This document shows positions 1 to 10,900 of a stretch of 64,000 nt of DNA, one piece after another (the first letter of the stretch is position 1; each line of letters begins with the position of its first letter). The translations under genes and the position numbers were made by a program. The stretch is from assembly GCF_037042905.1 (NCBI RefSeq), contig NC_087251.1:21392001-21456000 (forward strand). Direction: 5' to 3'. The notes beneath the pieces are model-generated. The model had not been told where the DNA came from and searched no databases. It saw nothing but the letters and a program-made list of their open reading frames with translations. Origin of the DNA: Lytechinus pictus. Lineage: Eukaryota.

Positions 1-1440
1 CGCCTACACAATCCAGCACCGCCTCTTGAGTATACAAGCGCCATGGCTGGCATGACCTCGCCGGCGCCCCGGGCCGGTCGGTGCTGAGGTAGGGTACGGT
101 GGGCTGCATGCATATGCTAACACAAATTTTTGTAAAATTATAGAATTAAAATAGTAGATGTGACATAGACCTTCGCCCCTTGATAGTTCGTCTCAATTCA
201 AGACCCGTCGGAATATACATAGCTCGATACTGAACCAGATAATTTCTGTCTAATATTATGTCTAACGTTAGACTGGGACTTGGCTTTGCTGTTTAGTGGT
301 CGTATTCGATCCTGCCTGATGGATTGCAAAATGTGGGTTGGATTTGTGGATATAGCATAATTATTTTAGATTTTCAGACTACAATCTGCACTGTAAGTGA
401 AAATTAAAATTCTAACCTTGAATATTTATCGTTACTCATCCGCCATAGTGCCACATCAATGACAGACCAAGTCTATATCTTTCAAGTCCATATCTAGCTA
501 AGTCGAGTCGCGTCGAGATTATTATGCCAGTGCAGTGAGCATTATCATTCACACAGCGCAGTACGCGCATCGAGGTACAGGTGACCGGGGAAGTTTCGGC
601 GCGGCCAGACCGGTACATCACGGTCTTGGCTCTGACGTTAGCTTGTGTAGATTTGGTAGGGGCAGCGAAATGAAGCAGAGGAACGGTAACACAAATGTCA
701 TCAGTCTTTGTATTTTTATTGCTTTGTAAACTACAAGAATCATGATTACCTTTTGTCTTACAATTTTTAAAAAATACAAATATGCTAAAATAATATTATT
801 TAACATAATTTCTTGGAGATTTTATTATCAATAAAAAATAGTAAAATTGAACAAACGAAAAAAAATCAACTCTACAATCTTCCAAAAAAGTGCTCTGGGA
901 GAAAATGGTCACAAAATCTGAGCGGAGTGGACCTTCCTAAAAGCAATACTGCAAAGTGTTGCTGCCCTCTACGTTCGTTGGTTCATGGATATACGCGTGA
1001 TGGGTTACCTGCATGATGATGATGAAATGTAGGCTTAGTGGACAATTTAATTTCGTAAGTTATTTCCCTCTTCTTCAATTATTGTTATAGGTTATATATT
1101 TTTATGATGTATGAACCCTTAATATTGGAAGTAATAACCATCCATATCACTTAGAATTCGCCAAAGCTTGCCGACTGTAAACCTGACTCGACGTGTCTCG
1201 CGACGAGTACTGGTACCGGTACCAAAGTTAGTCGTAAATTAAGAAGCTCAGTCGCCCCGACTGGCGGCGCATCGTACTTTCCGAGCTTCGCTTGCACTCT
1301 GCACTGTTGCAGACTACATGTAGGCCAGGCCCAACCACACGTACTGCGAGGTTAGTATTACTATTAGTATCTGGCCAGGCCAGATTTTGACTCCTAACAC
1401 GGGACCAACATCATGCATCATTTGCTGCCGTGTCCTTTCA
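1..1440. promoter_or_regulatory. Probable ESF1 promoter and non-coding first exon, possibly shared with a divergent gene outside the window
   Basis: Two CpG-enriched blocks (~1-700 and ~900-1440) surround an AT-rich core (~720-880). Candidate donor GTAAGT at 1055. The ESF1 ATG exon is preceded by an acceptor (TTCTTGCAG, 4859), so an upstream exon is expected. Confidence 0.4.
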
Positions 1441-1825
1441 TGCCTTTAGTAGGGTGTCTGAAGCCACACTGAAAAGTGTCAGCATAAAACAGGCTGATTT
1501 AGGGGAAAATATGGCACATTTTTTCGGGGAAGTTCAGGCTACTAGAAAAATGTGATCTGAATTGATTATTAACTTGTGTTTGGCATGTATGGAAAGAGAA
1601 AATTCAGGGGCTTCTTTTGACAGTAAGGACAAGTTTATATGATCATTTTAAATAAGGATTTAGAGATAAATTGCAAACCCTTATTTTTGTGTGTGTTGAG
1701 ATTGCCATTTCTCCATGCGTTTTCTATGGGAAAATGAAATTTCTGTTTTGCACAATTTTTTTCACTTTGTCGCAATTTTTCATTGTGATCTGGTTTCCAA
1801 ATCTTTATAAAAATCATACCATCAG

Positions 1826-4109
1826 CAGGGTGCTACATAACTTTTTTGAAGCACTTGCCCAGTCGGGCAAGCAAATTTTCAAATAGTTGGAAAATACTTG
1901 CCCGAATATAGATTTCACTTGCCCGAAAAAATCCTTCAAAACAAAGTTTTATTGCTTCAAAACAAGTTATAGCCTTATAGTTTTACATACCATACCATTG
2001 ACGGCTTTAAAAATACACTTTTCAACATGACTACTGATGTACCTTGTAGTTGTATTTCTTTTTTTTATTATTTTTATCTTGAATATCATGACAAAATAAA
2101 TGGTAAATATGCTCTTTAATTAATTTCCTAATCTCAAATATTTTCCATATATTTTGGAGGGGACTAGGACACACAATAAAAAAAGGGGAAATCACTGAAA
2201 ATAACCAGAGAAAAAAAATTAAGAGAGGGGGAGAGAATGAAAGAAAAAAAAGTAAGAAGACAGAAAGGACGAAGAAATAAAGGAAGGAAGAAAGAAAAAA
2301 TAGAAAAAATAAAGAGAGAGAGAATGGCTGCGGGGAAGAGAAAGATGGAAAGAAAGAAAGGAAGAAAGAAGGGAAAGGAAGATGGAAAGATAAAAGAAAG
2401 AAAGAAAAAAAATAGGAAAAAAATGAGAGGAAGGAAGATAGGAAGAAAGAAAAAGTATAAGGATAGATGGAAGGAAGGAAAAAAAAGAAAAGAAAGATAC
2501 AACGAAAGACAGAAAGAAATAAAGGAAGGAATGAAGGAAGGCAGAAAGAAAAAATAAGGAAGAAAAGGAAGGATGGATGGAAAAAAAAAGAAAAATCAAA
2601 AGAACAAAAGACAAAAAAAGGAAAATCAGAAAGAAAGAAGGAAAGAAGGAAAGAAAAAAAAATAGAAAAAAACTGAGGGGAAGAGAAAGGAAGGAAAGCA
2701 AGGAACAAATAAAAAAAGAAAAAGAAAAAAGGTAAAAGAAAGAAAGAAAAGAGAAAAAGAAAAGGTAAAGGATTGATGGAAGGAAGGAAAAGAGAAAGAA
2801 AATGAGAGAAAGGAAAGAAGGAAGATAGGAAGAAAGAAAAGGTATAAGGATAGATGGAAGGAAGGAAAAAAAAGAAAAAAGAAAAGAAAGATACAACGAA
2901 AGACAGAAAGAAATGAAAGAAGGAATGAAGGAAAGAGATGAAGGAAGGCAGAAAGAAAAAAATAAGGAAGAAAAGAAAGGATGGATGGAAAAAAGAAAGA
3001 TCAAAAGAACAAAAGACAGAAATAAAAAAAAACAGAAAGAAAGAAAGAATGAAAGACAAAAAGAAAGGAAGGAATGAAGGAAAGAAATAAAGAAAGAAAA
3101 GAAAGAATTAAAGGGATGAAGAAAGTAAGGAAGAAAAAGACAGGAAGAAAAGGTAAATAATGGATGGATGGACGGAAGGAAGGAAGACAGAAAGAATGAA
3201 AGGAAGGGGAAAAAGAAGGAAGGATTAAAGAAAGAGGTAAACAAAGGTTGGATGGAAGGAAGAAAGAAAAAAAGATAGAAAGAAAAGAAAGACAGCAATA
3301 GTAACAGAAAAAATGAACAAAAGAAGGAAGGAAATTTAAAGAAATAAAGAGAGATTCAAAAGAAGGAAAGAAAATAGAGAGGAAGAAAGCTCAAACTATC
3401 CAGTCATAAATAAAGAAGAAAATTTATCAATTTCCTTGGCTAAAAAAAATAGTTACGAAAGAAACCACGTTTATCAACATACACACAAATGCATATGTGG
3501 GACTGTCAAACAATGTATTTCAGTGTGTGCGATACAGACGATCATTCGAAACCCAATCTTTTTTAAGCATAACAGAAGTGAAAATTTCTCCTTTTACTGC
3601 TTACAAATGACAGAGCTACCCCAATTTTTAGGAAATATGGACATTACAAGAATTTTCATTGGTGAGAAATGTGAATTTTGACAGTTCTGTGGGAGATTCT
3701 TCCATAGCAAACTTCGTTCGTGCAACACTGTACACCGTAGAAACTTTACTAAATGCATCGGCTGCGTGGACTAGGCGCTAGCTAGCTAGGTATGCTAGAC
3801 TGCCATTGATTCTGTGTGTGTGTGTACGTCTCTGAACTGTGTGTTTATTGCAGAAAATGGCGCAAATTTTGCAATTCGAATTATAAACTTTTTTGAAAGA
3901 AGAAATTAATGATATTGCTTTTTTTTGTCTCTTTTTCTTTTCTATATTTTGATGGTGAAATATGGGGAATCTTTCTTAAATATAATTTCCATAGGGAATT
4001 TTGCTTGCCCGATTCGGGCAAGCAGTTTTTGTCTTTGCTTCAAAACACTTGCCCGACTCTAACTTTTACTTGCCCCGGGCAATCGGGCAAGCGCTTATGT
4101 CGCACCCTG
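1826..4109. mobile_element. Non-autonomous TIR transposon with 7-bp TSD nested in the 1450-4422 element
   Basis: CAGGGTGCTACATAA / TTATGTCGCACCCTG; TSD CCATCAG at 1819-1825 and 4110-4116; repeated subterminal CTTGCCC/GGGCAAG motifs at both ends. Confidence 0.9.
2175..3420 (+). repeat. Polypurine (A/G) low-complexity tract with internal duplication
   Basis: GAAA/GGAA-rich. The block ~2429-2620 recurs at ~2819-3020 (GGAAGATAGGAAGAAAGAAAA..GATACAACGAAAGACAGAAAG). It explains the F/L/S- and K/R/E-rich spurious ORFs. Confidence 0.9.
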
Positions 4110-4919
4110 CCATCAGATAGAGCATAAAAAATCCTATTGGACTCTTTATGGACAAGTTTTTGGCATTAATAATAAATTTATAACAGCTCTCGGAAGCTAA
4201 AAATTTGGATTTGTGTGTGTCCATTTCTTAACTACACAGTCTATGGCAGAGAAATGCTGAAAATTGACCTAATTTCATTCTTCTTTTTTGCAGCCAATAA
4301 TTGGATTTTTTTCAAAAATGTTACATTTCTGTCAGTCTGAAGGTCATTTCTCTTCAAATTCACAAAGAAAATGTGATATTTTCTTGAAATAAGAAAAATA
4401 ATTTTTTTCTCCAGACACCCTACCTTTAGTTACGATGGACGTAGTGTTGTCCAACTGCATTCACGCAGTAAAAACAGCGGTGAGGCATGCATGCACACAC
4501 AAATCTATATTCTGAATTTTGTTGTGATACTGGATTACTGATATGCCATTTTAAGCTTTTTTATTTACCCGGTAGGAATTGCGTAATATGATGGTTATTT
4601 CGCTTTGTCATGGAAACTGAAAAAAACGATTCTACTAGTAGTACTAGCCTACTAATTGCTAGTAATTATAAGCATCATTTAGATATGTATTATTTATATT
4701 ATGATTTTTTATGTACCGTAAAGGCGGTATTCTTATTTTGAAAATTCAATCTTAATTTTTTAAATGATGTTATTATTATGAAAAAAGAAAATTGTTAAAA
4801 TAATGTTGGTTATGAAATTATTGTTGTGATTTATGCTTGTCTTGCTGTTATTCTTGCAGATCTAATGCTTCTTCAATTGTCACAAATTGGTTCAGCTCAT
4901 CTCATGTAGAAATTTCACC

Positions 4920-7900
4920 ATGGATTTCAAAAGTGATTCCCGATTTGCAGCTGTTGCCAAAGACCCTCGCTATCGGCAGGTTCCAAAACTTGAACGAAAA
5001 GTTAAGATTGATAAGCGTTTCCAGGGCATGTTCACAGATAAACGATTCAAGTTGAAATACTCGGTGGACAAACGGGGTCGCCCAGAAAATCAGACCTCCA
5101 AGGAGAATCTGAAGAAGTTTTACGAACTGGAGGAAGATGAGGAAGAGGCGATAAAAGATGTGTCAGATGAAGACAGTGAGAGAGGTGAAAGTACAGGGAG
5201 ACATTGTCTAAAGAAAAAGCAGACAAGGAGGAGAAGTGGTCGAGAAGTTCTTTTGGCTTTCAAAAGGAGAAAAGCTAGGTTATCTACTTCGGAAGACGGA
5301 GATGATAAAATCAGTGACACATTCACAAAGAAAGCGATAGCCGAACCCAGTTCATCCAGAGACCAATGCAGATTGAGAAGAGGTGACAGGTTAACTAGGA
5401 GTGAAGAGGATGATTCTGATAGTGAAGATGATGAAAGTGGGCTTGGCAGTGATGATATTCCTGAAAAGAGATTGAGAGGAACAGGTATGTTTATTAGAAT
5501 GCTTGTCATCTATATGCAATGCTGCATGATATCCAGTTTAGTATTGTTTGTTTTAGTTCTGTGAAAGCTTCTATAGTTATTTATTCTTTAGTATGCTCCC
5601 TCTCAACTTCAGCCTGCATGTTTGTAAAGGAGAAGCAAGAAGCATTATCTTTGCAATCATGACAATGACTGGTCAAGTAAAAAAGCATGTTTCACATTCA
5701 GTACACTTTGAAAGTCTGAGATAAATAGAGGTCAAACAGAAATCTTTGCTATTGCCTGGTTTCTTGCAATGGGTAGGGTATGGTACATCATACATGTTTT
5801 AAAACTGAGGAATAAAAAATAATAGAACCTTCAATAAATTTCAGAATTTTAATGTGAGTTTTCAATTATTGCTTGTTACTTGGTGTATTAATATGCTTTC
5901 ACTCTTAAAAGTCAGTTTAAATGAACTTGATTGACATTTTATTAATCCATTTATTCTTTGTCGGACACAGACTCTAAGCCCTCATGGCAGAAGCAAATGG
6001 GCGTCGACTTTGCTCGCGGTGAAGGAAACATTGAGACAAGTTCTTCCGAATCTGACACGGATGACGAGGTGGCCGTGACTTCTGCACAGGGACCTGTCAT
6101 TGATGAGATCTGCCACAGCTGGGGTGAACTGGATGCAGAAGCTCCAAGGGAAGAAGCTACAAGTAGCAGATTAGCTGTCTGTAACATCGATTGGGACTGC
6201 GTTACAGCCAGCGACCTCTTTGTACTTCTCAACTCGTTCAAGCCTTCTGGAGGAGTTCTTCATTCTGTGAAGGTACTGCATTATGTGGTTCATTCATTTA
6301 GGATATTCTTAACCTGTATTATTTATTATTTATGTTATTGTTAATCACAGTTGCAAGTGATAACTACATAGTGTAATTATATAGTAGGCTTATGCAGGAT
6401 TTATGTGAGCCCAATTAATAGTATTGAATCTCATTATGAGTTATCCAGAAATAGATATTCATAAATTTGAAATGAAGTAGGAATTAATTCACACAGACTC
6501 TGAACTTGTTTGTAGTTTGTTATTGCTGAATTGTAATCAGTACAAGTAATTAATTTTTAAAATGTATACTTCAAAAGAATGAAGTTGGTACCTTATTTTC
6601 ACTTTGTGCCGTTTGCTTATAAGTACTATGCTCATTTTTAAGCTACCGTACGTTGAATCTCCTTGCCCAATTCTCAACAGAACAGTACAATTCATAGGAA
6701 GAAATATTGCCGACTTGATATTATCTTTTCAATAACTTTCACTGAAAATTAATATTTTCCTTTATTAGTCTTTCCTGAGAACTCTAGACATTTACAAAGT
6801 CATGATTCATCTGGGAGTGTCTTTGTTCCATTTTTTAAGGATTTATCAATATCCTACTACTCAAGCCTACATGTAGCTTACACCTTTGCATTGTTAGCTA
6901 CATATTGCTTTGTTAGCCAGAATTTTCCTTGAAATGTGGACCAGGGGCACGTAGCACAAAGATTAGCAATGATCAGTGGCGTACCGTGGGTCACGGCATT
7001 GGGGGGGGCACCAGCAAAAATTTTGAGTCACTAAGTGAGCGCGCAAAGCGCGCCCAGTTGCCAGGTTTACTGACCTAATAGACATTTTAAGGACAGTGCC
7101 ATTAAACGGATATGTCTCTCACTGGTCAAATAATGCGAGCGCAAAGCGCGAGCTTAAAATTTTTGATATTCAGACATAAAAAGGGACATTATAATTAATC
7201 TTTTGTAATCATGATACGTACCTGTCTCGCTACATAATATGAGAGCGCGAAGCGCGAGCTGAAATTTTTTGTAAATATTGACCCCAAAACAGGAAGATTT
7301 TAAGGACTATATTTTAGGAATCCATTAAGAGTATACACATCTCACCATAGTCATCTAATGCGAGTGCCAATAAGCGCTTGCTGATTTTGTTAGAATTCCA
7401 TCTAAACATGCACATAAAGAACTTGTAATCATGATTAACATACCCATCACACTAATCAAATCTTGCGAGCGCGAAGCCTGAGCTGAAAATTTAGGAAATT
7501 CAGACCTGAAGAGGGGCATTTTAAGGCTTGTTTGTAGGAATTCACGAAGACAATACGTAGTTAACTAACCAAATGATGCGAGCGCGAAGCGCGAGCTGAA
7601 ATTCATGGAGAGCAGACATTATTTCACCAATCCACTACTGCGAACGTAAGCACGGACAGGAAATGTTTTATATTAAGACCTTGAAATGGGGCAATCACTT
7701 TAAGTAGTCATGAAAAAGAAGCATACTATTGTACATAAAAGAATAATAACTCGAAGTGCGAGGAAATATATTTGGCAGTTTGGTGTATATTGACTTGAAA
7801 ACGTGAGGTTTTCATTATAATGAACAATAATGTCTTCTTTCCCATTTAGTTTCTCTTCCTTTCTCCCTCTTTTTCTCCTTTACCCCGTTTTTTTTTTTTT

Positions 7901-10900
7901 TTTTTTTTTTTTGTCAGCCGATTGGGAACGTGCCCCCCCCATGCCCCCCCCGTAGTTACGCCACTGGCAATGATCGTATAACATTTTTGATTGATTCCAT
8001 AGACTACAATGTACAATCAATCATGAAAATCAAGCGTACAATTAATCGCTAACCTTTGTGTTATGCCGGCTCGGGAAGGATTTGAAAAGACAATAGAGTG
8101 ATTGGCAGTGTTAGCACTCTTTATCGCTTAAATACTCCCCAGAGAGTGGAAAATATGCAAGAAAACTCAAATCTGGTGACGGGTAGTAGTAGACAGGAAT
8201 AACCGTAAATTCTGGGATTTATTTAACAATTTCTGACATTTTACTATCATGCGCATTCTGTATTGTATTGTATTGGTGAGTGGACCCAACGCAGTTCAGC
8301 GGAACGACCAAATACGCAGACAAGCTTTTGGTCTAGGGTAGTAGTAGGAGCACTTATGAAGATCACTGATAAGAGCTCAATAAATGTAAAATAATATGTC
8401 CTTGTTTTTATTTTGAATTTCTGTGTATTGTCTGATTTTTTGTTTATCCTTTTAGATATACCCCTCCGAGTTTGGCTTGGAGCGGATGCGGGAGGAGGAT
8501 GCTAAGGGTCCACAGGAGCTGGTAGAGAAGGATAAGAAGAAGGAGAAGTTGAGTGGGATCCAGCAGGAGCGATACCAGAGGGAGAAACTTCGCAAGTATC
8601 AGATGCAGAGGTTCGTTAACTTGAGACACGTAATTCTTGTAATATTCCTCTTTGTAAAAGAGAGGGTCAATGTCATTGGGATTTGACAAAATCATGTTTT
8701 CGTGCAAAACCTTCAAATGCGATCCAAATAGATTGGCTGATGAAAAACAAAGGGTCCTGTGGTCCAGTGGTTAGAGCATTGGACTCATAATCGCAAGGTT
8801 GTGAGTTCGAATCCCAACTCTGCCATTGTCTCCACTTTGATAAAAAGGCCCGAGAGTGATATCTGTCGTCTATAACGTCAGCCACTATGACTGATTAACC
8901 TAGACGTAAAATGTTTCATAGGTAATTGGTTATATACCAGCTTGGCGTTTACCAGCAAAATGCTGTCCTGCCGAGTTCCTACGGGAGTTACCACAAACAG
9001 AAACAAACAGAAACAAAGAGAAAGGATGAAAAAATGGCTTACTGGGTATGCCATTTTAATTGCCTCGGTCTCTGTTACTCGGTCGTCTAAAAAATTACTG
9101 TAAACCTAAAAAAAATTGCTGTAAATAACTATGCAATTGAACATTCAAAGAGACTATTTTTCAAGTTGTACACTCATGAATATTTTAAGAAGTTGCAAGT
9201 TGAGAATGTACCATTATTCTCTAAATAGAAATGCACATCAATGAAAATGAAAAAAACTTTTTACAATTTTAAAGTGGTGAAATAGTCTTGGAAAAATAGA
9301 ATTCCCTTTCACAATGGTTCAGTACTTTTTAAGCTTCAGTTGACTATAGTCAGAATTGTGGAATTGAATTTGACATGATGATTAGATTTTGTTTTGTTGT
9401 TGATTTTGTTCCAGGTAATTAAAGTAAATAGACTTAGTTTGCTTTCTAAACTGATCTGATGTGAAGGTTTTGCAAAATTTGCATTTAGGGAAAGCATATT
9501 ATACAAAGCCAAGTATTTCATATACCTGTTCATAGTCATACATGACTGATGACCTATGTACTAAGTGGAATAAAGATCTAGGTGTACCCCCTAATACCTC
9601 CTGTTTTAACATCTTATCATATCTTGACAATTAAAAAAAGATTGGAATCAAATTTATTTGATGGAAATACAAATATATGTTGAGAGATTCTACACATTTT
9701 TGCTCCTTCCCCTTTGTTGAATATTTCTAGGTTAAGGTATTACTATGCTGTGGTCGATTGTGACAGTGCTGATACAGCCAATGCTATCTATGAGCAGTGC
9801 GATGGCATGGAGTATGAAACAAGTGCATCGAAACTAGATCTCAGGTGAGTTCCTGTGTTTTTGGTAAAGGTTATGCCTTTTTATTCTATCTTGTTAATGT
9901 TCATAATCTTGTACAAAATCCCTTTTTTTGGTAAGTTTTTTGAACTACCAGAGTCGATCCTCTTTTTAATTTGTGAAGGTTGGCATCTCTGCTGTACTTG
10001 TTGAGTTTCAGGATCATTCTTGATGGCCATTGAAAATGTCTCGTGACATAGACAGCAGTGACTAAAATAAGAATTCCTAGTGAGTGGGTAGTATCAAGAG
10101 ACTCACATGGAGGGTGAAGCACCATCGAATGGCCAAACAACAAGGATTCTTGTATTTTGAAATTGATGACAGAGCATGAAGTGTTTGTTAGTATCCTTAT
10201 ACACCAGCATTTAATTTAATATTCCACCCCAGGAATGTTGATGTTATGCAACGAAAATGGTTAATTAGAGGAATCTAAACCAGTTTATAGACTGATTCAG
10301 CTTGTTGATTTTTCTATGGTAATTTCTAAATGAGGGGGTGGCTTCAGGTATACCTAACGATAATTTATGCATTGTCATAGCGACGCACGTGGCTCATTGC
10401 ATGACCTATTGAAAGTATGTGTATTGTTCTATAGAAGTTCCCCTCCCCCCTCCCCGCTTTTGCCGGCATATGTTGCAGTGATCTGAAGTCGGATTCATCT
10501 ATACTAAAAGCCCTGGGCTGACAGGGTTTCATGTATTCTCTGGATTTCACTATTTGATTCCATAAAATAACCATTTTGTTTGTCCAACCACAATTTTTCT
10601 CCATTCCTAATTTCATGAACAGCTTGAGCCTCAATAAATCAGTTAATATTACTCCCTTCATATTACATGTAATTATAAAACAGATATATCATCATATATG
10701 TCCTCACTATATTCATATATTTTATATGGGGTCGGACACATTATTCTTCGAACTGCCCTGTTGATACCTTTATTGATGCTCTGCATTAGGCTAAAGAACA
10801 CTTCATATCAGATAGAAAGCCGTGTCTAGTTTCTAACTGAATGACAGCTCTGATAAGCTCAATCTTGTAAATGATTCTCAGGTTTGTACCAGATGACACC

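Larger units (their letters stand above)
1450..4422. mobile_element. Non-autonomous TIR transposon with 7-bp TSD (outer element of a nest)
   Basis: TAGGGTGTCTG (1450-1460) / CAGACACCCTA (4412-4422); flanking direct repeat CCTTTAG at 1443-1449 and 4423-4429. Confidence 0.85.

Noticed and set aside
2031..3298. Long F/L/S-rich ORFs (342 and 359 aa) and K/R/E-rich ORFs
   Set aside because: They are translations of a polypurine/polypyrimidine tract inside a transposon. The same applies to the ORFs at 34868-35963.
8752..8825. tRNA-Met(CAT) gene
   Set aside because: The acceptor and anticodon stems pair poorly, and it continues into a SINE-like body and repeat tail.
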